From positions 10,099 to 74,098 of the forward strand of contig JBAXLF010000001.1 in assembly GCA_037134955.1 (NCBI GenBank): a stretch of 64,000 nucleotides of DNA. Direction: 5' to 3'. Within the stretch, counting starts at the first letter, position 1, and each line of letters starts with the position of its first letter. The DNA comes from Actinomycetota bacterium (GTDB lineage Bacteria; Actinomycetota; Actinomycetes; Nanopelagicales; Nanopelagicaceae). Under the pieces are notes generated by a model. The model saw nothing but the letters and a program-made list of their open reading frames with translations. It did not search any database and was not told where the DNA came from. This document shows positions 38,733-49,991 of the stretch, one piece after another. Both the position numbers and the translations under genes were made by a program.

Positions 38733-39486
38733 AACGCACTTCCATAGGTAATTCAAAGACTGCTGACATATGTTCAGATGTAATGACTTGGTCAATCGGT
38801 CCAGAGACAGCGATCGACCCATCTTTAAGGATCAACGCATGGGTAGTTCCAACGGGAATTTCTTCGATGTGATGAGTTACCAATATTGAGGCCGGCGCCG
38901 CCGGATCTGAGGCAAAAAGTGAGAACCGCTTTAGTAAATCCTCGCGGCCACCTAAATCAAGCCCAGCTGTTGGTTCATCGAGTAGCAGTAACTCGGGATC
39001 GGCCATCAACGCTCGCGAAATTTGAACACGCTTCTTCTCGCCATCGCTTAAGGTGCCGTAACTGCGGTCAGCCATCTCTCTGACACCAAAGGTTGTAAGA
39101 AGGGCAACCGCCCTTGATTCGTCCCATAAATCGTAGGCTTCATTCCATCTACCTAAGACCGAATAGGCGGCGGTCAGGACGACATCGCGTACTTTTTCAT
39201 CGTACGGAATATCTTCAGAGATAAGCGTTCCGCAAATTCCGATTCTCGTTCGCAGCTCCCAGAGATCAACCTTGCCCATCTCTTTATCAAGAACTGTGAC
39301 AGTTCCTTTCGTGGGAAATATGCGTGTAGCAAGAATTTGCAAGAGCGTTGATTTACCGGCTCCATTGGGGCCAAGTACAACCCATCGCTCGCCTTCGGAA
39401 ATTGAGAAGCTGATCGGTCCGAGAATTGTCTTCTCACCACGGCGGACTGAGACATCCCGTAATTCAAGGACGCGATTGCTGCTCAT
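38698..39486 (-). CDS. ABC transporter ATP-binding protein (no adjacent permease)
   Basis: GPNGAGKST, LSDGE, LLLLDEP, VTHH. Confidence 0.9.
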   Translation of the reverse strand: MSSNRVLELRDVSVRRGEKTILGPISFSISEGERWVVLGPNGAGKSTLLQILATRIFPTKGTVTVLDKEMGKVDLWELRTRIGICGTLISEDIPYDEKVRDVVLTAAYSVLGRWNEAYDLWDESRAVALLTTFGVREMADRSYGTLSDGEKKRVQISRALMADPELLLLDEPTAGLDLGGREDLLKRFSLFASDPAAPASILVTHHIEEIPVGTTHALILKDGSIAVSGPIDQVITSEHMSAVFELPMEVRYEGFRFFARAL

Positions 39487-39568
39487 AGGAGTGAAAGATA
39501 TATCTTTACTAGCAGAATCACGCCAAATTGTCGGCTAGCCAACAGTGATTCGCGATAACCTCGCCCAT

Positions 39569-40771
39569 ATGAACGCAGAAACGAGCCATTACACCGGATT
39601 AATCCTCGTATCTGGAATCGATTCTCCCGGAATTACACAAGGCTTATTTGATGCCTTGGCGCCATTTGCGATCACCGTTCTCGATATCGAGCAGGTCGTA
39701 ATCAGAGATAGATTGATATTAACCGTCTTAATCTCGCTCAATCCAGCGCATGCCGATTCCATTGAAGAGGATTTACAAGCATGTGCCGAAAGACTCGGTA
39801 TCGATATTGCTACCTCATTTGTGCAACAAGGCGAATCGACCATCGCGGCGAAGACAGGTTTGGTGCATGTGGTCGCACTTGGAAATCCCATGCCACCCAC
39901 AGCTATAGCCGCTATCGCCGCGGCAATTGCCACCCAAGGCGGAAATATTGAACGAATTCATCGCACCGCCAGTTACCCAATTACCGCGATTGAATTTATC
40001 GTCTCCGGCACCAATCAATTATCGATTCGTCAATGCCTTGCCGAGGTTACAACGAGCCACCAAGTTGATATCGCCGTCTCCCCCGGTGGACTCATGCGCC
40101 ATGCGAAGAAGTTAATAGTTATGGATGTTGATTCAACTCTCATTCAACAAGAAGTCATCGAACTGCTGGCGGCAAAGGCAGGCGTTCAAGAACAAGTTGT
40201 GGCCATTACCGAATCCGCGATGCGCGGTGAGCTCGACTTCGCCGAAAGTCTTCGCGCTCGAGTGGCGCTACTAAAAGGTCTTCCTGAATCTGTCATTGCT
40301 GAAGTTCAAACAGAAGTTTCTTTGACTCCTGGTGCGCGAACTTTGGTCCAAACTCTGCATAAGCTGGGACATATTGTGGCTCTCGTCTCCGGCGGATTCA
40401 CAGAAGTTATCAAACCTATTGCGGCAGATCTTAATATTGCGCACTACAGAGCCAATTCACTCGAAATCTCAGACGGTCTCCTCACAGGTAAAGTACAAGG
40501 AACTATCGTCGATCGCGCCGGAAAGGCAGAGGCTCTTCGTGAATTTGCTGCGATAGAAGGTGTTTCGCTTGAACAGACAATTGCAATCGGGGATGGCGCT
40601 AACGATTTAGATATGATCTCTATCGCTGGTTTAGGAATTGCCTTCAACGCTAAACCGGCAGTCAAGGCAGCAGCCGATAGTTCAGTCAGCGCCCCATATC
40701 TAGATTCCGTGCTCTATCTCTTAGGTATCACCAGAGAAGAAGTAGAAGAAGCCGGCGCAACCCGCAAATAA
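39569..40771 (+). CDS. serB: Phosphoserine phosphatase with ACT domains
   Basis: MDVDSTL, AMRGELDF, VSGGF, GDGANDL; TAACCT 7 nt before ATG 39569. Confidence 0.95.
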   Translation: MNAETSHYTGLILVSGIDSPGITQGLFDALAPFAITVLDIEQVVIRDRLILTVLISLNPAHADSIEEDLQACAERLGIDIATSFVQQGESTIAAKTGLVHVVALGNPMPPTAIAAIAAAIATQGGNIERIHRTASYPITAIEFIVSGTNQLSIRQCLAEVTTSHQVDIAVSPGGLMRHAKKLIVMDVDSTLIQQEVIELLAAKAGVQEQVVAITESAMRGELDFAESLRARVALLKGLPESVIAEVQTEVSLTPGARTLVQTLHKLGHIVALVSGGFTEVIKPIAADLNIAHYRANSLEISDGLLTGKVQGTIVDRAGKAEALREFAAIEGVSLEQTIAIGDGANDLDMISIAGLGIAFNAKPAVKAAADSSVSAPYLDSVLYLLGITREEVEEAGATRK

Positions 40772-41617
40772 TTACAGTCTGCAGGCGTGTATATCGGTAA
40801 CCAGAATTCCACGGGCGCCTAGAGCCCAGAGTTCATCCATCAAGCGATTCGTATCTTTGCGAAGCACCATGGCACGGACTGCCACCCAGTCAGCTTTCTG
40901 TAGCGGAGAAATTGTTGGAGATTCCAGACCTGGAGTTATCGCACATGCTTTCTCTACACTTACTGTTGGAATGTCATAATCGAGTAATACATATTGCCTT
41001 GCTGTGACCACACCTTGTAAGCGTCTGATTACAATTTCGAGCTCTGCCGGAACCACAACTCCCGCCCGCTTAATAACTATCGCTTCCGAGGTAAGAATTG
41101 GTTCGCCGAAGATAGAGAGGCCGGCCTGTCGTAAGGTATTGCCAGTACTAACAACATCAGCAATGAGATCTGCAACTCCAAGACGTACGCTGCTTTCGAC
41201 AGCGCCATCAAGGCGAACAACTGATGCGCTAATACCTAAATCGGCAAGATGCTTTCCAACCAAACCAGGATAGGCGGTAGCAACTCGCTTACCAGCTATA
41301 TCGGCCAACTTCCAAGGCTGTGACGATGGAGCCGCGAATCTAAAGGTAGACCCACCAAAATCTAAGGCGAGAATTTCGTCAGCGTCTGCGCCAGAATCGA
41401 TCAGAAGATCTCGACCAGTAATCCCAGCTTCAAGCTCTCCAGAACCTACATAGATTGCAATATCGCGTGGGCGCAGATAATAAAACTCAACGTTATTTTC
41501 GCTATCTGCTAGAACTAAATCACGAGAATCAGATCGTTGCTTGTAACCAGCCTCTTTCAGAATGGTAATTGATGCATCAGCCAAAGAACCTTTATTTGGA
41601 ACGGCTATTCGTAACAT
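40772..41617 (-). CDS. hisG: ATP phosphoribosyltransferase (long form)
   Basis: [35 protein letters not shown]. Confidence 0.96.
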   Translation of the reverse strand: MLRIAVPNKGSLADASITILKEAGYKQRSDSRDLVLADSENNVEFYYLRPRDIAIYVGSGELEAGITGRDLLIDSGADADEILALDFGGSTFRFAAPSSQPWKLADIAGKRVATAYPGLVGKHLADLGISASVVRLDGAVESSVRLGVADLIADVVSTGNTLRQAGLSIFGEPILTSEAIVIKRAGVVVPAELEIVIRRLQGVVTARQYVLLDYDIPTVSVEKACAITPGLESPTISPLQKADWVAVRAMVLRKDTNRLMDELWALGARGILVTDIHACRL

Positions 41618-41644
41618 GGTTCTCCTTGGGTGGTTTATTGAAGT

Positions 41645-41908
41645 TTAGAGATATCGGTAGATGTCGTCGGGAGTCAATCCGCGCGCAAGCATCAAAGTTT
41701 GTAGGTGATAGATGAGCTGGCTGATCTCCTCGGCTAGCGCCGCATCAGATTCGTGCTCGGCAGCTAGCCATACTTCGCCAGCCTCTTCGAGAATCTTCTT
41801 GCCGATTGAGTGAACACCCGCATCGAGAGCCGCGACAGTTGCTGAACCCTCAGCTCGAGTGAGGGCCTTTTCCGATAGCTCACTCCAGAGAGAATCAAAT
41901 GATTTCAT
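41645..41908 (-). CDS. hisE: Phosphoribosyl-ATP pyrophosphatase
   Basis: [27 protein letters not shown]. Confidence 0.95.
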   Translation of the reverse strand: MKSFDSLWSELSEKALTRAEGSATVAALDAGVHSIGKKILEEAGEVWLAAEHESDAALAEEISQLIYHLQTLMLARGLTPDDIYRYL

Positions 41909-41917
41909 GGATGTACT

Positions 41918-42577
41918 TTACTGCGCTGATGCCTTGGCTCGGAGGAGATTAATCATTTCCGCCGGATCATCTGCATTAAATACCGCACTTCCTGCAACAA
42001 ATGTATCTGCTCCAGCTTCTCGGGCGATTTCAATAGTTTCGAGGGAGATTCCGCCATCTACCTGTAGCCAGATAGGTCGAGACCCAATCAATTTCCTAGT
42101 GCTACGAACTTTCTCCATCATCTCGGAGATAAATTTCTGACCTCCAAACCCTGGCTCGACAGTCATGATCAGGAACATATCGACTTCGTCAATGAGGTCG
42201 GAGTATTCATCTAAAGCGGTTCCTGGTTTGAGAGCGATGGCGGCGCGAGCCCCGGCGCTGCGAATACCGCGCAGAGTCTTGCGAAGATCAGCGGTGGCTT
42301 CAACGTGAATAGTCACCGATGCGCAGCCAATCTCTGCATATTCAATGGCAATCGAGTCGACATCGGCAACCATGAGATGTGCATCTACCGGAAGAGGTGA
42401 TTGCGCGATGATCTTGGAGGCCGCCGCAAAGTCAAAGGTGAAATTGGGAACAAAGAGATCATCCATCACATCAAGGTGTAACAGATCACTGACTGCAGAA
42501 ATCTTAAAAATTTCACTCTGCAGATTATTCAGATCTGCATTGAGAATGCTGGGAGTTATGCGGATATGCGAAGTCAC
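41918..42577 (-). CDS. rpe: Ribulose-phosphate 3-epimerase
   Basis: PSILNAD, HLDVMD, DAHLM, MTVEPGFGGQ, VDGGI, VAGSAVF. Confidence 0.96.
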   Translation of the reverse strand: MTSHIRITPSILNADLNNLQSEIFKISAVSDLLHLDVMDDLFVPNFTFDFAAASKIIAQSPLPVDAHLMVADVDSIAIEYAEIGCASVTIHVEATADLRKTLRGIRSAGARAAIALKPGTALDEYSDLIDEVDMFLIMTVEPGFGGQKFISEMMEKVRSTRKLIGSRPIWLQVDGGISLETIEIAREAGADTFVAGSAVFNADDPAEMINLLRAKASAQ

Positions 42578-42586
42578 GACTTCAGC

Positions 42587-43942
42587 CTACGCCTTCTTCT
42601 GAAAGAGAGCCAAGAACATGGAGTCGGTTCCGTGCACTGAAGTCCACAGAGCCATTGAGTTATCCCGTGTTGCTCCAGTGAGTTTTGCAGGAAGAAAAGG
42701 AGCGACATCGATCTGCTCTAACTCAGGGTTCTGCTTAAGAATCATCTTTACCTGACCGAGGGTCTCGGCGAAGTGTGGACTACAAGTGGCATATCCGTAG
42801 ATACCACCGGAATTGATAACTCCAACCGCCGACCTGGTGATTTCTAGTTGCAATTGTGTAAGTTCGCGTAAATCCTGCACCGTACGACGCCAACGAACTT
42901 CTGGTCGTCTGCGGAGCGCGCCAAGTCCAGTGCAAGGAACATCAGCTAGTACAGCATCAAATTTCTGATTATGGCTAGCAATTTCTCGAGCATCACCCAC
43001 CCACACTGGAAACTTACCGATAACCGCTTTCACTAATTTAGCTCGGGGTTCGGAGATTTCATTAGCCACGAAGTCGCGCCCAGTTGTGTCGGCTATATGA
43101 GATAAGAGCGCGGCCTTTCCACCCGGTCCGGCGCAGATATCAAGAATCGAGAGTGAATTCTTGGTGGCTTGAGCAAATACTTCTGCGACGATTTGTGAAC
43201 CTTCATCCTGCACACCGGCGCGTCTATGTCGGATGATTTCGAGCGCTCCCGGAGAGCCTGCCAGCCGTGCACCGTATGGTGAATAGATTGTCGCTTCTCC
43301 ACCTAATTCGACTAGCTCTGCCTGAGTTGATGCACCTGGCCACGCAACTAGAGTTGGAAGAGCTGGGACATTATTTGCCTTGAGTTCTGATTCAACGCGA
43401 TCAAAATCTTTGAGGAGATCAAAGTACGCCGAGACAATCCATTCCGGATGCGAATAGAGAATAGACAACCTAGAGACGGCGTCTGCAATCAGATGAACTG
43501 GTGCCAGCCACTCTTCAAGGCTCTGTGCACTTACCTTGCGCAAGAGCGCATTCACAAAGGACGCCTTCGACTCCCCCAATACCTTTCGAGCTAATTCAAC
43601 TGTTGCTGATACTGCAGCATGTGTAGCTACTCGCATCTCGTGAAGCTGATGCACGCCTAGTCGCAGAACATCAACGATTCCTTCATCTATCTCATCCCAC
43701 GGTCTATCCACGCACTGTCGCAGGATGAAATCATGGCGACCTTGCATGCGCAGAGTTCCGTAGAGCAATTCGGTTGCAAAACCCCGATCACGCACTTCGA
43801 AATCTGATGCAGCAAGAGCCTGCGGAAGTAACAGGTTGGAATATCCTCCGCGCCGATTTACTTCAGTGAGAATATCGAAGACAAGCAGACGAACTGCATC
43901 TGGTTTTGGTTTTTGGAATGAATCCCTGCGTGCTTTAACCAA
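42587..43942 (-). CDS. rsmB: 16S rRNA m5C967 methyltransferase (NusB-like domain + RsmB)
   Basis: VQDEGSQ, DICAGPGGK, DVPCTGLG, YATCS; probable TTG start at 43942 overlapping the fmt stop. Confidence 0.9.
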   Translation of the reverse strand: MVKARRDSFQKPKPDAVRLLVFDILTEVNRRGGYSNLLLPQALAASDFEVRDRGFATELLYGTLRMQGRHDFILRQCVDRPWDEIDEGIVDVLRLGVHQLHEMRVATHAAVSATVELARKVLGESKASFVNALLRKVSAQSLEEWLAPVHLIADAVSRLSILYSHPEWIVSAYFDLLKDFDRVESELKANNVPALPTLVAWPGASTQAELVELGGEATIYSPYGARLAGSPGALEIIRHRRAGVQDEGSQIVAEVFAQATKNSLSILDICAGPGGKAALLSHIADTTGRDFVANEISEPRAKLVKAVIGKFPVWVGDAREIASHNQKFDAVLADVPCTGLGALRRRPEVRWRRTVQDLRELTQLQLEITRSAVGVINSGGIYGYATCSPHFAETLGQVKMILKQNPELEQIDVAPFLPAKLTGATRDNSMALWTSVHGTDSMFLALFQKKA

Positions 43943-44840
43943 ACTTTTCACCAGGTTGTAATCGCGCGCCATTGAGCCAATTCTGTGAAGCCATGCGCTG
44001 CTTTCCAGATGGCGTACAAAATCCAATAACGACAGCAGTTGAGCCAGTGCCGACAATGAGTTCGCGATTTCTTACGGAAATGAGGCCCGGCTGAACCTTC
44101 TCCTCTGCGAGAGTGAGTGAATCAATCTTTAACGGGCCCCCACGGAAAGTGGTCCACGCCCCTGGATTTGATGTGAAAGCACGCACTTTAGAGATAATCG
44201 ATTGCGCATCTGAATTCCAATCAATCTGACCTTCACTCTTCTTCAACTTAAAGGCACGAGTAGCGTCAGTGTTATTTTGGGGCGTCGGCTTCTTGCCAGA
44301 TGCAATCTCTGCGAGAGCTTCGAGAACTGCTTCGACACCTAATTCGGCCAACTCAATAAAGAGTTCGTCGCTGGTGATATCGCTATCGAGGGCAAATCGT
44401 TTGATTGAATAGATTGGGCCAGTATCCATTCCTTCATCAAGCGCAAAGACGGTCACACCCGAGATTGCATCTCCTGCTTCTATCGCGCGCTGCACGGGCG
44501 CTGCCCCGCGCCAACGTGGCAGTAGGGAGAAATGAAGATTTAACGAGCCAAATTTCGGTGCGGAGATAACCTCTAGTGGCAGAAGTACTCCGTAACCAAT
44601 TGTGAGTAACACATCGACATCTGCCAATAATGGGAAGATCTCTGCGGCTGATTCGGGTTTGAAGGTGCTTACTGAGTGAACTGATGCCCATTGCGCGACT
44701 TCAGACTCTTGTAGATTCAGTCCACGGCCAGCAGGGCGATCTGGCTGTGTGATGACAAATGAAAGATTATGTTCTGAATCCAGAAGTGCATTCAGAGTCG
44801 GAATAGCCACGGCAGGCGTGGCGGCGACTGCGATACGCAA
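43935..44840 (-). CDS. fmt: Methionyl-tRNA formyltransferase
   Basis: TQPDRPAGRG, NLHFSLLPRWRGAAPVQ, GMDTGP, NPGAWT. Confidence 0.96.
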   Translation of the reverse strand: MRIAVAATPAVAIPTLNALLDSEHNLSFVITQPDRPAGRGLNLQESEVAQWASVHSVSTFKPESAAEIFPLLADVDVLLTIGYGVLLPLEVISAPKFGSLNLHFSLLPRWRGAAPVQRAIEAGDAISGVTVFALDEGMDTGPIYSIKRFALDSDITSDELFIELAELGVEAVLEALAEIASGKKPTPQNNTDATRAFKLKKSEGQIDWNSDAQSIISKVRAFTSNPGAWTTFRGGPLKIDSLTLAEEKVQPGLISVRNRELIVGTGSTAVVIGFCTPSGKQRMASQNWLNGARLQPGEKFG

Positions 44841-45401
44841 TTAGAGGCCTCGGCCAAATGGATCATGCGGTGAAAGTCGAATTTGTGGGGCGTTCCCTAT
44901 CGAATCAGCGAGTCCAAACCAATCTGATTCGCGAATATCTTTCATAGCAATTTTGCGATCGGCCTCGGATAAACGATCAATGAAGAGAATTCCATTGAGA
45001 TGATCTGTCTCATGCTGTAGCGCCCGCGCCAGTAACTCAGTTCCTTCAACCACGATAGGTTCACCGTGCATATTGAACCCTTTAGCTACGGCGCGAAAAG
45101 CACGTGGCGTTGGATAAACGAGATCTGGAAAACTTAAACATCCTTCATCGCCCTCCTGAATCTCATCGCTGAGATCAAGGGTTGGATTGATCAGATGACC
45201 GATCGCTTCATCGACATCCCAGACAAAGACTCGTAGAGGAACACCTATCTGAGGAGCGGCTAGCCCTGCTCCTGGAGCATCGAGCATTGTCTCGGTCAAA
45301 TCCTTCACTAAGGTACGAAGCTCTTTATCGAAGGTCAGAACTGTATCTGCCGGAGTTACCAAGACGGGATCGCCGAAGTGGCGAATTGGCTTGATAGACA
45401 T
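44841..45401 (-). CDS. def: Peptide deformylase
   Basis: GAGLAAPQIG, EGCLS, QHETDHLNG. Confidence 0.97.
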   Translation of the reverse strand: MSIKPIRHFGDPVLVTPADTVLTFDKELRTLVKDLTETMLDAPGAGLAAPQIGVPLRVFVWDVDEAIGHLINPTLDLSDEIQEGDEGCLSFPDLVYPTPRAFRAVAKGFNMHGEPIVVEGTELLARALQHETDHLNGILFIDRLSEADRKIAMKDIRESDWFGLADSIGNAPQIRLSPHDPFGRGL

Positions 45402-45414
45402 GGCTCTATCTTAC

Positions 45415-47283
45415 CTATCGGGTCAATGAATACGGATCTATTCGCAGCGTAGCCAGCGACTTCTTGGCTGCACTTCTTCGTCTTTGATATTCGTGGATAA
45501 AAGTAACGAGTACTTCACCAACTTCATTGGGCGCCATAATGAGAATGCGCGCCATTGCACCTTTTAATTCAATCGGTCCAAGAATCCTTGCTCCCAGTGG
45601 TAAGCGATTCTCCTGTTGAGCTGCCTCTAACCCACGAGCCAGCTGTTGAATTTCCTTCGCTGGTAGGTCGAGTGTGAGCGCGCGAAGAAATGGTGGAAGA
45701 GATACCTCCTGGCGATCTCGTAACTCACGCTGTGAGAGCAATGATGGCTTCCATGCCGCAAGTGGCCCCAGAATTGGATTGTCGTGTGCGATCATAAGAA
45801 GCAAGGCTCCATCGGGCGCTAAATATCCCCCACATGAAAATAATAATTCGCGCGATCTCTCTTGCGCTCGAATATCTGATTGCGAAAAGTATGCATCTGC
45901 CTCGAGCACAACAACTGCGCTATAGCCATTTTTCGCAATGGGTACCCCTCCTGGTGTAGCAATCACAATGCCGTCACTCTTTTCGTACTCCGAGAGAATA
46001 TGTTCACCCTCAGATAACGCGATTTGTCTTCCTGGAAAAGCTGACCCGATTTCCTGAGCAAATCGCTGGCTTCCTCTGCCTAACAGAAATGGTGTAACAC
46101 CTTGACACCAAGTACATCGCCATTCGTCTTGGACTACTCCACATAAAGCACATTCTGGTTTCGCAGTGATAGAGACCTTTATCAGTTTTCCGCCACATTG
46201 GCAGGATGCGATATTGCGGCAGCGTGCACAGGAAATTGATTGGGCATAACCCTTTCGCCCAGCAAGGAAGAGCACGGGTCCTTTCTTTAGCGCTTTCCTG
46301 ATTTCGGAGATGGCTCGACCCGGAAGTAACTCATTTGTACTCTGTTGAAAAGATTGAACTGCGACCTTGGCACGGTGGGCTTCATACGAGATCCATTTGA
46401 GTTCAATAAGGCGTGAAACTTCTGAGCTCGGTGAATATCCAAAGAAGGTGAGGGAAATCTTCTCAATTTGCGATCTCAGAATCGCAACATCGCGGACATT
46501 CCAACCCGGCGAACGACGTTCGTATAAGTTCTCCGAACCTTCGTCGATGACAACGAGGTGTGAAATATTTGGAACTGGCGTAAATACCGAACTCCGTGTT
46601 CCGATAATGATGCCGCTTGCACCCGTGCTCGCTTTCAAGAAATTTCGATAACGCTCTGTGCGATCGAGCGCAGAATCAAGAATTATCGATTCTGGGCAGA
46701 GCAATTGCAGTTGTTGAACGAGGCGGCTTTCGGGAGCGATGACCAGCACTCTCCCTTTCTGCCCTAACCTGTTGATGTGTGTAGCGATCATCTCGGTCTT
46801 CTTCACGAAGGGCGGTAATTGAACATACGTGCGGGAAGGTCTGGTATTTCTAGACATCGATTCATCCAACACAATCGGTTCCTTATCGACGTTGGCTACG
46901 CGGGGAGGAATGGCCGAACGAATGACGTCATAAGGATGAGCTGCCCAACGTTGCGCTACGGCGGAGATGAGCTTCAGAGTTTGCGCACTTGCCACCGGAA
47001 TCGGAGAAAGTACTTTGAGAATGGATTTAAGGTTTGCGGTCTGGCTTTCAACCAATCTTTGCAAGACAATCGCTTCGACAGTTCGCCCATTAAATGGAAC
47101 TTCAATACGAACTCCCACTGCAACCTTCGCTGTTAGCGATTCAGGAATCAGGTAGTCGTACTCTCCATCAAGATGATAAATACCGTTATCAACCCAGACT
47201 CGGGCGACGGGAAGATGAGTAGCGCTGTGCTCGCTACGTTTGATGACCTCAGTCTTGAGGCGCAGTGGCCGCACAGCTGCCAC
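45415..47283 (-). CDS. priA: Primosomal protein N' (actinobacterial type, helicase motifs degenerate)
   Basis: 3'-binding domain (YDYLIP...VEVPF-like), GTRSSVF, RKGY followed by a CxxC zinc cluster, C-terminal RIDP; no Walker A seen. Confidence 0.88.
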   Translation of the reverse strand: MAAVRPLRLKTEVIKRSEHSATHLPVARVWVDNGIYHLDGEYDYLIPESLTAKVAVGVRIEVPFNGRTVEAIVLQRLVESQTANLKSILKVLSPIPVASAQTLKLISAVAQRWAAHPYDVIRSAIPPRVANVDKEPIVLDESMSRNTRPSRTYVQLPPFVKKTEMIATHINRLGQKGRVLVIAPESRLVQQLQLLCPESIILDSALDRTERYRNFLKASTGASGIIIGTRSSVFTPVPNISHLVVIDEGSENLYERRSPGWNVRDVAILRSQIEKISLTFFGYSPSSEVSRLIELKWISYEAHRAKVAVQSFQQSTNELLPGRAISEIRKALKKGPVLFLAGRKGYAQSISCARCRNIASCQCGGKLIKVSITAKPECALCGVVQDEWRCTWCQGVTPFLLGRGSQRFAQEIGSAFPGRQIALSEGEHILSEYEKSDGIVIATPGGVPIAKNGYSAVVVLEADAYFSQSDIRAQERSRELLFSCGGYLAPDGALLLMIAHDNPILGPLAAWKPSLLSQRELRDRQEVSLPPFLRALTLDLPAKEIQQLARGLEAAQQENRLPLGARILGPIELKGAMARILIMAPNEVGEVLVTFIHEYQRRRSAAKKSLATLRIDPYSLTR

Positions 47284-47298
47284 CAGAGTTACCTCGAA

Positions 47299-48489
47299 CT
47301 ATTTAACTGCTGCTTGCAATTCGGCGACGCGATTAGTTACTTCCCATGTGAAATTAGGAAGTTCGCGACCGAAGTGGCCATAGGCAGCAGTAGCTGAATA
47401 GATAGGACGCTTGAGGTTGAGATCGCGAATGATTGCCGCTGGTCGAAGATCAAATACCGTCGTGACAGCATCTTGAATCTTCTGAACTGGAACTGTCTCT
47501 GTTCCGAATGTTTCGACAAATACTCCAACCGGTTGCGCCTTACCGATTGCATAAGCTACTTGAACTTCGCAGCGACGCGCTAAACCGGCGGCAACAACAT
47601 TCTTAGCCACCCAACGCATCGCATAGGCAGCGGAACGATCTACCTTCGATGGATCTTTTCCAGAGAAGGCGCCGCCGCCGTGACGAGCCATTCCACCATA
47701 TGTATCGACGATAATTTTTCGGCCCGTTAAGCCGGCATCTCCCATCGGCCCACCAATGACAAATCGACCAGTTGGGTTAATGAGATTACGCAAGTTCTTC
47801 CGTGGCAAATCAATCTTCTCTAAAATCGGATCGATCACCTGAGCAATAATTTCGGGAGTCAGCTGCTTGAGCACATCGACCTCTTCAGAGTGCTGAGAAG
47901 AGATAACAACAGTATCCAAGGCAACAGCTTTATCGCCGTCATATTCAATTGTTACCTGAGTTTTTCCGTCAGGGCGAAGATAAGGAAGCGCGCCAGATTT
48001 ACGTACCTTTGATAGCTGTTGCGCTAATTCATGCGCCAACCAGATCGGAAGTGGCATCAGCTCTTTCGTATCATCGCAGGCGTAACCAAACATCAGACCT
48101 TGATCGCCGGCTCCTTGTAGATCGAGTGGATCCACCGCAGCTGCAACACGGTGTTCGAAAGCGTTATCCACGCCTTGTGCAATATCTGATGATTGCTGAC
48201 CGATAGAGATTGAGACGCCACAGCTATTTCCATCAAAACCTTTAACCGAAGAGTCGTAACCAATACCAATGACGGTATCGCGCACAATGCCCATGACATC
48301 GGCATACCCATTGGTTGTTACTTCACCCGCAACGTGCACCTGCCCAGTGGTTATCAGTGTTTCAACTGCAACTCGGCTTGTAGGGTCTTGACCAATGAGT
48401 GAATCGAGAATCGCATCAGATATCTGATCTGCGATCTTATCTGGATGACCTTCAGTGACTGATTCTGATGTGAAGAGGCGCTTTGACAT
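47299..48489 (-). CDS. metK: S-adenosylmethionine synthetase
   Basis: [36 protein letters not shown]. Confidence 0.98.
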   Translation of the reverse strand: MSKRLFTSESVTEGHPDKIADQISDAILDSLIGQDPTSRVAVETLITTGQVHVAGEVTTNGYADVMGIVRDTVIGIGYDSSVKGFDGNSCGVSISIGQQSSDIAQGVDNAFEHRVAAAVDPLDLQGAGDQGLMFGYACDDTKELMPLPIWLAHELAQQLSKVRKSGALPYLRPDGKTQVTIEYDGDKAVALDTVVISSQHSEEVDVLKQLTPEIIAQVIDPILEKIDLPRKNLRNLINPTGRFVIGGPMGDAGLTGRKIIVDTYGGMARHGGGAFSGKDPSKVDRSAAYAMRWVAKNVVAAGLARRCEVQVAYAIGKAQPVGVFVETFGTETVPVQKIQDAVTTVFDLRPAAIIRDLNLKRPIYSATAAYGHFGRELPNFTWEVTNRVAELQAAVK

Positions 48490-48493
48490 TGTC

Positions 48494-49678
48494 CTAACCT
48501 AACTGAAGAAGGGCTTGATCGAGTAGTTGGTGGGCAAGCGTGTCTTTGGTGGTCTGCGCCACCTTTGCAACAGATCCGCGATGAGTGAAGATCTCTCCAT
48601 AGGTTGTCTCGCTATTGAAGATATCGCCGTGAGAGATGTCGTTGAGATAAAGGATATCCGCACCTTTATCCGCCAATTTTCGCTGCGCCTCTGCCTCATC
48701 GTGGGTGCTTTCAGCGGCGAAGGCGATGATCACTTGTCCGCTCTTGGTGCGAGAGATCTCGGATAGTAAATCTGGATTTTCAACTAGATCAATCTTGAGG
48801 TATTCAGATTTCTTGATCTTCGAAGCTGCCTCATGCACAGGTCGGGCATCTGCAATGGCCGCTGTCATGGCCAAGATATCTGTGCCTGCAAACTCCTCGC
48901 GAAGAACCTTTAACATTTCGTTGGCGGAAGTGACCTGAAGAGTTCGAACTCCAGCGATAGCAGGGAGATTTACATTTGCCGCGATCACAGTAACGTCTGC
49001 ACCGCGTTGCAGAGCAGCACGGGCTATCGCATACCCCTGCTTTCCAGATGAGTTATTGCCGATATAACGGACTGGATCAATGGCTTCACGTGTGCCACCT
49101 GCTGTCACCAGAACTTTTCTACCGAGAAGATCGGCTTTGCTCTGTGTAATCTCATCAAAGTGCGCCAAAATATTGGCAGTTTCAGGAAATCTGCCTTGAC
49201 CGGTATCACCGCTCGTGAGTGCACCTACTTCAGGTTCCATCACTGTAAAACCACGGCGCCGGAGGGTTTCGACATTTGCTTTCGTTGCTGGGTCGTTCCA
49301 CATCTGTGGATGCATCGCCGGAACGAGAAGAATAGGAACATCAGCCGCAAGGATGATATTTGTCAGTAGATCATCAGCGCGCCCTTGCGCTATTCGGGCT
49401 ATCAAATCCGCGGTAGCCGGAGCGATGATGATGAAGTGTGCCAATTTCGCCAGCGAGATATGTCTAACCTCATGGACATCTTCGAAAACCTCGGCGGTAA
49501 CGCTGCGACCAGAGAGCGCTTCCCAGGTTGCCTTACCAACGAAGTTAAGACTGGAAGGAGTTGGTACAACAGTCACGGAGAAACCGTGATCCTGTAAGCG
49601 GCGCAATAAATCGCACGATTTGTAGGCGGCAATTCCACCACCTACACCGAGGATTACCTCGCGGCCGTGACCTTGCAT
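48494..49678 (-). CDS. coaBC: Bifunctional phosphopantothenoylcysteine decarboxylase/ligase
   Basis: [46 protein letters not shown]. Confidence 0.96.
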   Translation of the reverse strand: MQGHGREVILGVGGGIAAYKSCDLLRRLQDHGFSVTVVPTPSSLNFVGKATWEALSGRSVTAEVFEDVHEVRHISLAKLAHFIIIAPATADLIARIAQGRADDLLTNIILAADVPILLVPAMHPQMWNDPATKANVETLRRRGFTVMEPEVGALTSGDTGQGRFPETANILAHFDEITQSKADLLGRKVLVTAGGTREAIDPVRYIGNNSSGKQGYAIARAALQRGADVTVIAANVNLPAIAGVRTLQVTSANEMLKVLREEFAGTDILAMTAAIADARPVHEAASKIKKSEYLKIDLVENPDLLSEISRTKSGQVIIAFAAESTHDEAEAQRKLADKGADILYLNDISHGDIFNSETTYGEIFTHRGSVAKVAQTTKDTLAHQLLDQALLQLG

Positions 49679-49695
49679 CGGTAAACGAATCTGGA

Positions 49696-49956
49696 TTAAG
49701 CGGTTGGTTCTAGATTTTCAATAGTGAGAAGGCCTTCGTTGATTTCACGAAGTGCAATAGATAGCGGCTTCTCATGAACGTGAGTATCAACTAGTGGACC
49801 CACATATTCGAGGAGACCTTCACCGAGTTGAGAGTAATACGCATTGATCTGGCGAGCACGCTTAGCTGCGTAGAGAACGAGGCTGTATTTAGAACCAGCC
49901 TTATCGAGAAGTTCGTCGATAGGTGGATTCGTAATGCCATCCATATGTGCGCTCAT
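49696..49956 (-). CDS. rpoZ: RNA polymerase omega subunit
   Basis: [38 protein letters not shown]; AAGGAG RBS before ATG 49956. Confidence 0.96.
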   Translation of the reverse strand: MSAHMDGITNPPIDELLDKAGSKYSLVLYAAKRARQINAYYSQLGEGLLEYVGPLVDTHVHEKPLSIALREINEGLLTIENLEPTA

Positions 49957-49991
49957 CTGTGCTCCTTGTATTCGAATCATCCAAAGTATTT

